NCBI RefSeq assembly: GCF_035594765.1
Contig: NC_085843.1
Location: forward strand, 242,707,971 to 242,771,970
From: Anolis carolinensis
Taxonomy: Eukaryota
Reading direction: 5' to 3'
DNA length: 64,000 nt
The notes under the pieces are model-generated. The model worked only from the letters and a program-made list of their open reading frames with translations, did no database searches and was not told the origin of the DNA. The translations under genes and the position numbers were made by a program. Positions within the stretch are counted from its first letter, which is position 1, and every line of letters begins with the position of its first letter. Shown piece after piece: positions 12,380 to 27,530 of this stretch.

Positions 12380-12870
12380 CCCTCCAGCCGGCGGCCGCCC
12401 CAAGCAGAGCCGCCAACCAACGGACCAATCCGCTCAGCCCTCAGCTGGGAGGAAGAGGTCCGGTGCTGAACCTCTTCCCCCCTCGAAGCCAACAAAGAAG
12501 GGCGGAAGTGGGAAGTTTCACCCTTAAGAGACGTTTCAGCACAATGAACCTCTTCTTGGGAGGCATAGATTGACACAAGCGGTGGGAGTAATTGCATTTC
12601 CCTATTTCTCCCTCCAAAGCGACTCATCTGATATTTATTTTGATTTTCAATATTCTAATGATCTAGGCCCTGAAGCGGAGTCAGCCATATTATGTAAGGG
12701 TAAATGTTATTGTATGCGCAGGATTCGCACCTGTCAGTGCTGGAAAGGGAGTCATAATAGGGTGACGTCACTTCTCCTCGCCGGAAGAGAAGATTGGTGT
12801 GCCTTCTGTCAGAGGAAGAGAAAGGTTTGGTGTGTTGGTTTTTTTAGAAAGCTGTTGTTTGACTGGAGGT
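12380..12870. promoter_or_regulatory. Bidirectional FBXO45/WDR53 promoter and probable WDR53 non-coding first exon (donor GAG|GTAAAT at 12869)
   Basis: CpG-rich region between divergent genes. CCAAT 12425, ETS GGCGGAAGTG 12501-12510, TGCGCA 12715, palindromic CRE GTGACGTCAC 12762-12771, CCGGAAG 12781. Confidence 0.7.
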
Positions 12871-12917
12871 AAATACTTGCCTTGGAGCGCATTTCTTTTA
12901 GCTCTTAGAAAGACTCT

Positions 12918-13189
12918 GGCCCCTTCCACACAGCTGTATAAAATCCCAAATTTTCTGCTTTGAACTGGATTATATGGTGGTGTGGACTCAAGATAACCCA
13001 GTTCAAATCAGATATTGTGGATTATCTGACTTCATATTCTGGGTTACATGGTTTAGGGCCCATCCACACATGCCAAGGCAGAAAATCCCACAATATCTCC
13101 TTTGAACTGGGTTATCTGAGTCCACACTGCCTTATATCCCAGTTCAAAGCAGATAATGTGGGATTTTATTCAGCTGTGTGGAAGGGGCC
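12918..13189. mobile_element. PIF/Harbinger-like MITE
   Basis: TIRs GGCCCCTTCCACACAGCTG...CAGCTGTGTGGAAGGGGCC. Related copies at ~13453-13600 and ~39637-39776, the latter flanked by TTA. Confidence 0.7.
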
Positions 13190-13640
13190 AGAGTTACTTT
13201 CCAGTTTTGTTTTATTACTGTGTGTTTTAATTAAGTTTAGGAAGTGGAACTGTTTTTTTAAAGTGCTTTACCTCTACAGCCGTGTTTCTCCTTCTGTGGT
13301 AGCCATCCAGGGTTTATTTTCTACATGTCATTAATTGTTCATATTTGAACATCTTTACTATATATTTTAAATCTGATTTGTAATCCCTTTATTTTTTTTC
13401 TATGTGGTACGATTCACCCAAAGCTCCAGGCTCTCCAGTGTGGTTTGGCCAAGTCCCCTTCTACACTGCCATATAAAATCTGGATTATCTACTTTGAACT
13501 GGATTATATAGCAGTGGAGACTCATATAATCCAATTCAAAGCAGATAATGTGAAGTATCTGCTTTGATAATCTGGATTATATGGCAGTGTAGAAGGTGCC
13601 CAAGTGTCATCAAGTGTGCTGTCACACCCAAGTGCTGACG

Positions 13641-14496
13641 TGTCCTAACTTTCTATCAGCTTGGGGGATGCTGGTTTGCCTTCCTTTTTGAGCAAGGAAC
13701 GCCACAAAATCAATGTCCACGCTACTGCTTTAGAGAAACAGTAACAATTTATTAATTGGTCTTGGGCCTGTCTCCACCCAAACAGTATCTTGATTTCCCC
13801 ACAGCAAAGTCCACACTTAAAGTTTGCACGTAACTGGTTGTTCTTGAAATCACTGCTAATGGGTGATTTTGGAGACGAAGGACAGATGAAAGTTTTCCTT
13901 GCTTGCTTTCTCTGGTAAAGGGGCCTCTGGGGCACCCAATGACCAAGGTGATCAGTCCGGAGGCTGAGCAGGCCTCTTCTATTGAGGCCTGGCCCCTTGC
14001 TGAAGGTGCTAGAAACTCCACAGGCTGCCACTGACCAGCGGTAGATCAGTACAGTTGAATGAGTTCCCAGAATAGTAGTTAGTATTGCCTTGAAATGGCC
14101 TGTTCTAGCCTGGATCTTGCTGTAACCAACTATAGAAACATCTTGCTTCCAAGATTCCCAGGTGGTAATAACTCTAATCTAAAATGGCTCCCATTCCCCA
14201 GGCAAAGTGGTAGGAAACCTATTGCTACAAACCAGGAAGGGTTTTCTTAAACTCCACCCTCATAAACTAACAGAAAAATTGCTACTCTGAAGTTCTGGGT
14301 GAGTCAGCCTAACAAAAAGAACTGGGACTTATGCAGTTCCAGCACATCCAGGCTTTCCAAACTTCCATGCCATCAACTCAAATCAGTACCTCTTTTCAGC
14401 TTCAACCCATTTATTTCTTCTTCTTTTATTTTGGCCTTCACAATGCACCATTAATGCTTCATCTCTAAAAATGTAGAAGCAGCACTTGTAGAACAC
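13641..14496 (-). mobile_element. Possible solo-LTR-like insertion
   Basis: Minus strand has AATAAA ~110 nt before a terminal ...GTTAGGACA. No TSD recovered and the 5' boundary is uncertain. Confidence 0.3.
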
Positions 14497-15755
14497 AGCA
14501 GGACTTTAGATTTTTCTTCAAATTACCTTAATAGTAGGTTGCCTTTCTGGGAGAGGAATAGTTGTACTTACTGAATTGTTTGAGCTTCCTCCTCTCTTGA
14601 AGAATAAAAGTAAAACCTGTTAAAAGTAAATCTCTTTCCACCTAAGGACAAGAAAAACTAGCACAGGGATGATTTGGATAGAATTAGGAATGATCCCTTC
14701 CTCCAGCCCAGAAGAATTTACAAGTGTTTAGTATTCAGAACTAGATGTAGGGTTCAAGAAGAGGCCAGGGATACATATAATATGGGATCACATCCAGAGA
14801 TATAAGGCAGTGTAGATCTATCCATAGAGGCTGGACAAGGAACTGTGATTTTATTCCCTTTCCGCACAGCAACTGAACACAGAGGCAGAACCGAAACAGG
14901 ATAGTAAACTGGCATTTAGAGAGAATTAATTATAACTTAAAATAGCACATTGATTGATGTTTGAACTGTTCGTTAGGATATCATTAAATTAGTATAAAAG
15001 TTTCAACTAAAAAAATTTCTACATCTCACTTAAGTTAACTGGTTGTGATCTGTGCATTTTTGTATGGGTTCACAGAATACAGTATGAGTGATTAATATGC
15101 ATCAGACTGAATAGAAGTTTACTTAGGTTAAAAGCTTTGCAACCATATGGTTATAGTTTGCATGTAGTGTTAATCTATTTAAGGAATGTGCCAGTAATTA
15201 TGTATTAGTAGTATTTTTAGCCTTTATTTCATCCAGCCTTATGTGTTGCTCATCGACTTTCCATCCTTTTCAAGAACTATTGCATTTGACTGTCAATTCT
15301 ATTTTAAGCACTCTATGAAATACAATAAATGAAATCAGTTATTTAAGTACATTAATAGGCTCTGCAAGTATCTAGTGACATCTAAAATATGTTATGCTTT
15401 CATTCTATGGCTGCTGCAAAATGATATAGGCACATTACCGGTTACATCTTGTACACAATCTTTCTTAACTCATAGAGGAGTAACATGTTTCTTATAAAAT
15501 TAAATTGCCCTTAAATACTTTGGGAAGAGGTAGACAACATGCCTAGCCTGTTCTTATATGTGCCACCATTTAATTTGTTGGCCCATGTAATGTTTGTTAT
15601 GGCAGTAGAGTTAGTGTTTAAGTTTTTATGTTTGTAGTCTTGGGGAAGCTAGTATCTTGGAGTAAATATAATTTATCCACTCTTTCATACTGCCTTACTC
15701 CAACAGATAACCGTCACGTTACTAATCAATGTCTGTTTTATTTTCAGTATCTTAA

Positions 15756-17847
<2,092 letters not shown>

Positions 17848-18589
17848 ACATATCTAACTAGATAACTGACTCCTTGGTATACAGAGTCTACCTGTTTAGG
17901 ACTTTTTTTGGGAAGCACCATCTTTATTACCTCAAATAAATAATTTAGTTGACAAACCCAATTCATTCTATCAGTAATGAGATTTCTTGGGCTAAACCTG
18001 GTATAATTGTACTGGTGAACTGGCAATACAAACTTTTGGGTTATAAATATATATAAATATCTCTGCCTTGTAAAAAAAAAAGGGGGGGGAGAGACAAAGT
18101 CTGCACATCTTTGCACCTGTTGTAAGACTGACATCAAAAATTCATATACCTATGCCTAAAGTGGCTGATTTCCACAGAAAGAACTCTGTTTTATTTAGAT
18201 ACTATCTGCCATTCCGATGTCCAAAGCCTGAACAAAGCTTATGCAGGTTGTTTCCACATCTAGATTGCGTCCGCTATGTGTACTGGAAATAAAACTAATC
18301 TAAGTTCCTAAATAATTTTATCTATTCATAGACTTGGCTCCTTCAAACACAATTTGTTTTCTTAGATTTAGATGACATTTCTGAAGGGATTTGCATTAAT
18401 TTTCATTTGGTGCTGTTGAAACAACTTTTTATTAGATACCCGTATTTACTTGCATTTTATGCACCATCAAACCTAATACACACCTCAGTTTTCAAAACCC
18501 TGAAACCAAAAAATGTATTTACTGCTGAATGTAATGCACAGTGGCCTAAAGTACGCTCTTTGTAATTTGCTGTCTGTTAGAATTCCTCA

Positions 18590-19063
18590 AGCACGCGGAC
18601 AAATGTCAGCGTGCTTGAGGAAGCAAAGACCACCAGCATTGAAGCGATGCTCCTACGCCATCAACTCCGCTGGAGTGGCCACGTTGTCCGAATGCCCAAT
18701 CACCAGCTCCCAAAGCAGTTACTCTACTCCGAACTCAAGAATGGGAAACAGAATGTTGGTGGGCAGGAAAAGAGATTTAAAGATGGGCTCAAAGCCAACC
18801 TTAAAAACTGTGCTCTAATTGGAGGTCAGCTGTGACCAGCAGTGCTGCGGAGTTCGAAGAGGCACGAACGGAGGGCTTAAGGGAGAAACGTGCCAAGAGG
18901 AAGGAGCGTCAAGCTAACCCCCACCGGGACCGCCTTCCACCTGGAAACCAATGTCCTCACTGCGGGAGAATATGCGGGTCAAGAATCGGTCTCTTCAGCC
19001 ACCTAAGAACACACACCCAAGATGGAAGACAATCGCCCTCGAGCTACGAGGGATCGCCTAAGC
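18590..19063 (+). mobile_element. RTE-clade LINE 3' fragment
   Basis: Peptides SIEAMLLRHQLRWSGHVVRMPNHQLPKQLLYSEL and CPHCGRICGSRIGLFSHLRTH, broken by a frameshift/deletion. Confidence 0.85.
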
Positions 19064-19832
19064 CAGGGGTCCCCAAACTAAGGCCCGGGGGCCGGATGCG
19101 GCCCTCCAAGGTCATTTACCTGGCCCCCACCCTCATTTATAATATAATATTTTTATATCAGTTTTAATAATATAATATATTGTATATATTGTATATATAT
19201 GTATATATTGTATATATACATATAATATTGATAAAATATTATAATGTTATACAATATAATACTAATAATAATACCATATAATAATATTAATTATATGTTA
19301 TATATTACATATAATATTACAGTACAGTGGTATAGTTCAATGTAGTAATATATAATGCTAATATTGTGCTATGCTAATAATATAATATATTGTATGTACA
19401 TACAGCTGCCCTGAGTTCCCTTCGGGGTGAGAAGGGCGGGATATAAATGTAGTAAATAAATGTAGTAAATGAATAAATAAATAATTTTGGACTTAGGCTC
19501 GCCCAAAGTCTGAAATGACTTGAAGACACATAACAACAACATCAACATCAACAACAACAACAACAACCCTAATTAACCTGACTATCTCATTGGCCAGAAG
19601 CAGGCCCACACTTCCTATTGAAATCCTGATAGGTTTATATTGGTTAAAATTATTTTCATTTTTAAATATTGTATTGTTTTTTATTGTTATTGCTGTTTTG
19701 CACTACAAATGAGATATGTGCAGTGTGCATAAGAATTTGTTCGGTTTTTTTCTCTCCACATGATAATTCGGCCCCTCAACAGTTTGAAGGATTGTGGACC
19801 GGCCCTCTGCTTTAAAAGTTTGAGGACCCCTG
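19064..19832. mobile_element. Non-autonomous hAT element, 769 bp
   Basis: TIRs CAGGGGTCCCCAAACT / AGTTTGAGGACCCCTG and a perfect 8-bp TSD GCCTAAGC (19056-19063, 19833-19840). Confidence 0.93.
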
Positions 19833-21649
19833 GCCTAAGCTTTTAAGAATTCCTTAATTGTAAACAATTGTGTTGAAACACCAAAACTTCCATTAATGGA
19901 AAAGAAAACCTTGGGATGCATCTATGCTGTAGAATGAATCCACTTTAATTGCCTTGGTTCAGTGCTATAGAATCCTAGGGGTTGTAGTTTGAAATGGTTT
20001 TGAGCCGTCTCTGCCAAATAACGCTGGTGCTTTACCAGACTATAAATCCCAGCATTGTATGGCATTGAGCACTGGCCATTTAATTAGAGATTATGTCCCT
20101 CAAAGAGGAGTTCCAGATACGGCTCCTGAAGCAGCATCCTCTTTTGCTTTTGCTCAGCACTAAGATTATTGCATGACTTGAATCTAATGTGTACCCCCAA
20201 TGTTGCCAAGGCCAATTTGCCAAAAAAGATGAGCATTAAATTGGAGTAAATACAGTAATTAAAGCTTAAAATATAATTTTATTCCATATTTTGAAAATAT
20301 AGGAATTTTCTGTGTTCAGAGTGCTAATCTTTTAAGATTTTGTCCATAGCAATATTGATCTATCAAACAAGCTCTATTGTATTTATCCATTTTGCTTATT
20401 GAATGTATATCCTGCCTTTCTAGCAAAGTGAGATCCAATTCAGCTAACAACAATTTAAAAGCAATAAAATTAAAACATTAAATTGCAAAAATTAAGAAGA
20501 AATTACATACCTAATATTATTAACATGGTCCTTACAATTAAAAAAATTAAAATATAATTTTAAGACATAATACTAATAAGTACAAAGGATTAAAGCATTG
20601 AAACGGTGCACCAATTGCATATACAAGCTACAATTAAAATGTACAGTTCAAATGCCTGCCTGGATAATAATGTCTTCACCTGCCACTGAAAAGAGAGCAG
20701 GGAGGGTCCAACCAGACCTCAGTTGGAAGGAAGCAACTATGGAGAAAGTTCTTGACCCACATATGCCCCTCTTTATAGAACAAAATGTGCTATATGTTGT
20801 GGTATTCAACAGAATGGTACATGAAAATAATAGCATGCTCTCAAATCCCCAATTTCCTATTTATTTCTTCATACTTTTACTAAATTAAACCAACCTGTTG
20901 ATGAGACTTTGAGATCCAAGGAAATTTGCAAATATACCTAAAAACATTTTACAAGCAAATCTATTCTGTATAATACAAAAGGTTTTGTTTTGACAGAATA
21001 ACAAATAGAATATATATGTTGGAACTTCAATAAAAGAGAAAAATAATATATTTCTCATGATACCCAAAACAGCAAAATCAACTTTTGAAGGATTTATACT
21101 CGCTACAGCTGCTAACTACAGTTTAAAGTACATTTACATTTGGGGTTTGGAGGGCAGTAGCTAATGGCAATCAGTATTTCAGAGCAAATTGCAACTGGTA
21201 TATCGCAAACTTAAAATGAACTCCTGTGCAGTACAGGAGAGAATGCACTGAACTGGGATTTTTTTTAACCCTTTAAGGTTCACAATGGAGTCTGGCAGTA
21301 AAGTGAGCTCAGCAGTGTATTTAACAATGCAGCATTAGTGGGCTCCTGTTTGGAAATCCAGGATCTCGCCCAAAACAAGCAACAAAAAGTTATGACTTGT
21401 ACAAACTTGCAAATAGTGAGCAAGCACTATTAGCAAATATGAAACTTTGTACCATATTCCAGTGTTCTAGTTCTCAACAGTTGAATATATCAAGACATTT
21501 TAGAACATGGCTCAGAATGCTTTGTATAGGTTTAATTCAACTTTACTCAGTACGGACACAAATGTAGTGCCAGTCTCTGGGATACTGGGGGAAAAATACC
21601 ATAATTGCTGGGCCCCTACATCAGATAATTTGAGAAGCACTAATCTACT

Positions 21650-21876
21650 GAACAATGGCTTCAAACTACAGGAAATGAGATTCCAATTGGACATTAAGAA
21701 GAACTTCTTAACTGTGAGAGCTGTTAAGCAGTGGAACTCTCTGCCCTGGAGTGTGGTGGAGGCTTTTAAGCAGAGGCTGAATAGCCATCTGTTGGGGGTG
21801 CTTTGAATGCGATTTTCCAGCTTCTTGGCAGGGGGTTGGACTGGATGGCCCATGAGGTCTCTTCCAATTCTATGAA
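21650..21876 (+). mobile_element. CR1 3' fragment
   Basis: NNGFKLQEMRFQLDIKKNFLTVRAVKQWNSLP plus the CR1 tail. Confidence 0.88.
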
Positions 21877-22269
21877 TGAACCTCCCACAAGCACCTTAAC
21901 ATGAATCTAATGTACCTTAATCAAGCATTAGCAAAATGTTACAGCACAATATTAAATATATATTTTAGATGTAAGTCTCACTGAGTTCAATACAGTTTGA
22001 TTCTGACAGATATTTATTCAGTTGAAACCTAAAATATGTTAATAGCCCCAAATAGAATATATAGACCCACTGAATCATGAGTTAACATTTATGCAAATCC
22101 CATTTAATTAGTTGGAACTTTAATACAATTCAAGCCATAGTGTACTTTTGCATGAAATTATATTTATTTCATATGTTGCAACAGAAACCTGTTGTAGCTG
22201 GCCAATTACATTCTAGTAAATAATGTGCATGTAGGCATGTGTTAATATGCTATACTTGGATGTCCGGTC

Positions 22270-22276
22270 TATAAAA
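22270..22276 (+). promoter_or_regulatory. Candidate TATA box of SMCO1
   Basis: TATAAAA about 128 bp upstream of the SMCO1 ATG in a CpG-poor promoter. Confidence 0.4.
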
Positions 22277-22397
22277 AGCTTTAAGTGAAAGTTGACCTTC
22301 AATTCATGTTGTACCTCCTGTGTGTATGGCTGCTGTTTGCTGGAAAAAGAGCAGACAAGCAACCAGTGTTGATATTCACCTTTTCCTCTCCTTGAAG

Positions 22398-25327
22398 ATG
22401 ACTAAAGAAGCTATATCTCTGTGTGCTCTGAACAAGACATTAAACAGGTCAAAAGGGGGAAATGCAGAAGGACCTGCTTTGTTGGGGAAGGATTGTGTTA
22501 AAGAGTGGACTTTATCTTGGATGTTAGATATTTATTTAAAAATATTAATATCCTGCCCAGCTTTGAGTAACTGTAAAGCAGCATATGATATATAAATTTT
22601 GAATTATTGTTGATTATTAATATGAATAGTTATTAGACATTGTTTTCATTCTATATATAGATGATTAAATTAAATGAACACATCACATTCATTGTATAGA
22701 GTTAATATTTCCAAGTTTGCAATCTTTTATTTATGCTTTATCATTAGGTATAATTTTTCAGGGGTGGGTGTGGGTGGTGAGAGATTATCCTACGTAAGTG
22801 ATCCTCATTAGATATGTTTTCATATGTTCATCAATGTTTACAAGTTAAGCAGTCAAATTTCACAGTGTTAGGTAACTGTATCCTTATTAACAGCGGAGGG
22901 GAAATATTGAGGCAGAAATTATAGGCTTGCCTATATTAAGGATGAGCCTTAACCTCTCTTAGGATCAAATCTAGCTGGGCCACACTAGTATTGTAAACTA
23001 TTGTACACTAGTATTGTAAACTATTTAGACACACCCGACAAGCTCTGAAATGTACATCACTGTTGCATTGTGTAAGATGGGAATTGTGGCCTCCAGATGT
23101 TGTTGAGCTGTATTGAAGCACAGTTATAACTAGTCCTGGTTTTAAAATTTTAACAGAGTGGAGAGCAAACTGCAAACTATAGAAGCTCGATTCATTGTAC
23201 TAGATTCTAGCATTCAGAAATTATCAGAGAAGTTTGGACTTTGGAGTACCGACTTGGAACATCAGATTGATCAGGATGAAATGTGGACATCTCTGCTAGA
23301 AGACAGGTGAGAAATTAGGTGAAAGCCAGGGCTTACTGCACTAACCACAGTTACTAGTACCAAGTAAAGTAGACCCCTCAAAACGATAGCTAGATGACAA
23401 GTCAACATTTAATGTGAATCCTATTACTCCAATAGGTTCACTCAAATTGAGAATATAGGCTGGAATTCTGCATGGGAGTTACCTCTTTGCATGTGGATGT
23501 ACTTTGCTATATGGATAGTGCTCAATAATGGAATAACAGACAATGGTTAGCCACAATTACCATCCTTGTGTAGACAAAATGAATTGTTAGCATCACTTGC
23601 CAAGTGTAATTTACTGCCAAAGTATTAACATGATGATTTTAGGTATGCAGAACTTAACTTTTTAAGGAGAAGGGCCTTCTTTTTCCTAGCATTTTTGATT
23701 ACCACAGAATGATAATATGTCTATTTAGGACTAATACCCATCGGGTTAAGTGGAACTTACTCCTACAGAAGTATGATCAGGATTGTAGCTTTAATCTTAG
23801 AAAGAAAAACAATCTTACCATTATATCCGTTACATGGACCTGAAATCTGTTTTAGCTAAATTGAATTATTTCTTGGATTTAATTCAAATACATATTTTTA
23901 AAGAAAAGAATGTGCCTCAGATATGGTTCTGCTAGGTGTTGCAGCACATCTCTGAAATTTTTAAAAACCCTTTCAAATTTAGGAAATCAATCAGCCTTTA
24001 CTTTTGGCATTTTGAAGGTGCAGGTTTTTTTCCCCTGAAGTACAGGAGTTTGTAATGTGTATATATTACAAAAAAGCACTGTTGGTTGGCTATGAAAAAC
24101 AGCATTATATCATCTCAGAACAACTCCATTTTACATATCTATAAGGAATAATCCAGATAACAGGCATTAATACTTCTTTGTAGTGAAAATCTTTTCTGTT
24201 ACTGCAAAGGAATATCATATCAGAAGTCTTTTCAAGTTCTTTTGCTTATAAATTTCTGTGCTTTCCTACTGCCTTGACAGATTTCTCTATGTGCCATTTA
24301 AAATGGTTTCTCTGTGCTTTCTTTTTAAAATGAGAACCTGTGAGTCATCCAGTCTCACCCTCTTTTTTTTCCAAAATGAAATGTAAAATCACATGCTTGT
24401 GTTAAATTCCTTAGATATAACAGAATATCTTTTACACAATTCGAGTTCAAGCTTTAGGCTATAAACCTGCTGGACACAATTCCCTGGGAATAAGTTGCAT
24501 CGAACTTCATGGGACTTACTTCTAAACAGACATGGATAAAATTGGACTATTAGTAATCCGACAGGGAGCTCTGGCGTGGACTGGTCCATGAGGTCATGAA
24601 GAGTTGAAAATGACTGAACGAGTGAGACGACGATGATTAGTAATCCAACGTAGGGTGAATTCACATAGTGGAATTAATGTAGTGTGACACCACTTTGACT
24701 TCCATCGCTTAATGCTATAGAATGCTGGGAATTGTAGTTTGATGAGGTCCCACTCTTTTCGGGGAAGGCTAAAAACTTTGTAAAATGACAACTCCCAGGA
24801 TTCCATAGCATTGACCCATGCCAGCTAAAGTGATGTCAAACTACATTCATTCTATAAGATAGATGCAGCTGTGACCTTTCTTGAACTGTAATAAATCTTG
24901 AGCTTGGGAAGTGGGCAAATTTTAATGTTGTTGTTTTGGCAGATTCACATCTGTGGAGGTAAACCTTTTCTACAGCTACATCTGTGAAACTATTCATTGC
25001 TTACACTCTCACGTAGTAAAGAGGCTACCGGATCTGGCAAGAGGGCTTCCAACTCTGTCATCTATTTTGAGGCGAAAAGCAAAAAACCCGAGAATTAGGC
25101 TGGCATTGGAGACAGCGCTTGAGAAGCTGGGACTGCATGAAGGAGAAGTGAATGCCCTCTGTGTATTTTTCATTACACATAGCCGTGATGCCTGCTATTA
25201 TCCTGCGAGACAAAGGGAAGGTTATACCAAAGATATCTGCTCCATGATCAACAGTGTGGTCAAGAACCAGCTCCTTCAACGCAGCCTGTTGTGTGCTGTT
25301 CAGGTGGTGGAAAATAGCAAAGTCTGA
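22398..25327 (+). CDS. SMCO1: Single-pass membrane and coiled-coil protein 1 (C3orf43); exons 22398-22447, 23157-23306, 24943-25327; 194 aa
   Basis: Spliced product MTKEAISLCALNKTLNR-VESKLQTIEARF...DQDEMWTSLLEDR-FTSVEVNLFYSY...LPDLARGLPTLSSILRRK...LLCAVQVVENSKV resembles recalled human SMCO1 (QDEMWT, LPDLVRGLPTL). Exons of 50+150+385 nt stay in frame. Syntenic between WDR53 and RNF168. The exon 1 donor GTCAAA is weak. Confidence 0.88.
24558..24635 (+). mobile_element. BovB/RTE 3' terminal fragment
   Basis: CCGACAGGGAGCTCTGGCGTGGACTGGTCCATGAGGTC... Related pieces at ~47063-47135 (+) and 63205-63388 (-). Confidence 0.65.
24652..24868. mobile_element. Palindromic ~220-bp MITE family carrying GGGA(G/A)TTGTAGT
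   Basis: Long imperfect TIRs. Further copies at ~10340-10700, ~19917-20085 and ~39908-40390; the same family is the source of the 42575-44113 array. Confidence 0.7.
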
Positions 25328-26479
25328 AGAGGTTACCCACAAATCTCTCAAAAGCATTGCTGAAATACATATCATTGAAAAGTCCTCCCTTCAAATCTGG
25401 CTTGCCATGCATCCCAGATTTTAAGGGACAGTCCCGTATTTTGACCAAAATGTCCTGCATCCTGTAACATTTTCCCCCAGGACGTCAATTGTCCCGCCTG
25501 TATTTTAATTTCATTGTTTATCAAAATATATGTGACATCAAACCTTATCACTATTTTGAATGCAATTTTAATATCATTTTACTCTGTTTTCATCTTGTTA
25601 TTGTGTCTCTTATTTCCAGCTTCAACACCTGGCAACCCTGCTTTAAATATGTCCGCAACTGGGAAAAGTAACACAGTCCTGCCTTACAAATCTGTTGTAA
25701 AGTCAAAAAGGGAAATATATATGATGCTCTTTGTAAACTCTAAAGCACAACCGTAATAACTAGGTAATTCTAATTTTCACCACATCTTTTCAAATACCTT
25801 CAAACGATTCTACTGTGGGTTGCTGGCCAGGAATTATATTAAACCTTTTGTTTTATAGTTTCTATTCTTAAATAAATTAGGTTAATTCTTTTTTTCCATT
25901 TCCTTATTTTATTAACACATGTTTTATGGATACGAAAAGTCTTGGGAGGCATTCCGCAAGGATTGAAAAATAGTATTTCATAACTATTTCTTTCTGCCAG
26001 TGGTGAATTGTATTTGGTGGTTGTGTGTTTAATTTTTGCTTCTGAATTATTTTCTATCCCACTGGTTTTCAACCTGTTGGTCCCCAGATGTTTTGACCTT
26101 CAGCTCCTAGAAATCCTAACAGCTGGTAAACTGACTGGGATTTCTGGGAGTTGTAGGCTAAAACACTTGGGGACCCACAGGTTGAGAACCACTGCTCTAT
26201 CCTTATTGTTCTTTTCCTTGGGCACCCAAAGGAAATTTAGGGTTATATCTAGTGGTAATCTTTTACTAGGCGAATTTCTTTTTTTTATTTGTATTTTTAT
26301 TCAAGAAAACAAAATTCCAAATATATATAAAAAACATATGCAAGAAAAACATATTAAAAGCATCTGCATCAATAAAGTATATCGCAGTACAAAGTTTTCT
26401 TAATGTATTAATAAGATCAAAAAGTAAAGTCAACAAAGATACAATCATTATATATACTTAACATTAAATAATGACAGAT

Positions 26480-26766
26480 GCCCCCGGTGCAGCGGGTGAG
26501 CAGTTCGAATCTGGGGAGCGGAGTGAGCTCCCGCTGTTAGTCCCAGCTTCTGTCAACTTAGCAGTTTGAAAACATCCAAATGTGAGTAGATCAATAGGCA
26601 CCACTCCGGCAGGAAGGTAACGGCGCTCCACGCAGTCATGCTGGCCACATGACCTTGGAGGTGTCTACGGACAACGCCGGCTCTTTGGCTTAGAAATGGA
26701 GATGAGCACTAACCCCCAGAGTTGGACATAACTAGACTTAATGTCAGGGGAAACCTTTCCCTTTAC
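26480..26766 (+). mobile_element. Sauria SINE
   Basis: tRNA-like head, body GTGAGCTCCCGCTGTTAG...GGAGATGAGCAC, and an (ACCTTT)-type tail. Confidence 0.85.
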
Positions 26767-26789
26767 TAATGATAGATGTAATAATAAAA

Positions 26790-27150
26790 AAGCATCAAAT
26801 TTAGTTTAAAACTTTTCCCATCTATAGTATATTTCACTTATAGTTCTAATACATTTTTTCTAATTACTTGAATATGTTTAGCTTTCCCTCCCCTCTTATC
26901 CCTTTTCCCTTTCTTTGTGCCACCTTTACCTGGACCAACATAACTTATTCTTTATCTCCAGAATTTCATTGTTTCTGTTGCAAGTTTGTCCCCGTCTTTC
27001 TATAAATATACATTCTCCCCAGATTTTACAAAAATTAATTTGTGTCCATATTCCCTTTTTAACTTTAATGTCACAAGTCAGTCTGTTATTAATTGCTTTG
27101 TTCCAAACTTCCATTTTTCCAATTGAATGTCACTTTTATCATTCTGTTTT
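26790..27150 (-). mobile_element. L1/Tx1-type LINE ORF2 C-terminal relic
   Basis: Peptide EVWNKAINNRLTCDIKVKKGIWTQINFCKIWGE resembles the end of L1 ORF2. Boundaries approximate. Confidence 0.55.
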
Positions 27151-27194
27151 TTTTGGATTTTTTTTTGTTGTTGTTGCAATTATCAGTCTCGCTA

Positions 27195-27530
27195 GGAGCC
27201 TCCAGTGGCACAGTGGGTTAAACCACTGAGCTGCTGAACTTGCTGACTGAAAAGTTGGTGGTTCAAATTTGGGGAGTGGGGTGAGCTCCCACTGTTAGCC
27301 CCAGCTTCTGCCAACCTAGCAGTTCAAAAACATGCAAAATGTGAGATCAATAGGTACCGCTCCAGTGGGAAGGTAACGGCGCTCCATGCCGTCATGCCAG
27401 CCACATGACCTTGGAGGTATCTATGGACAATGGCAATTCTTAGGCTTAGAAATTGAGATGAGCACCAACCCCAAGAGTCGGACACGACTATACTAAATGT
27501 CAGGGGAAAACCTTTACATACCTTTACGTG
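27195..27530 (+). mobile_element. Sauria SINE, full length
   Basis: A/B boxes, ACCTTT tail, and a 10-bp TSD TCAGTCTCGC (27183-27192, 27531-27540). Confidence 0.9.

Noticed and set aside
11739-12627. 229-aa and 243-aa ORFs overlapping FBXO45 exon 1
   Set aside because: Alternative frames of a GC-rich exon running into low-complexity intron; the true frame is 12379-12002.
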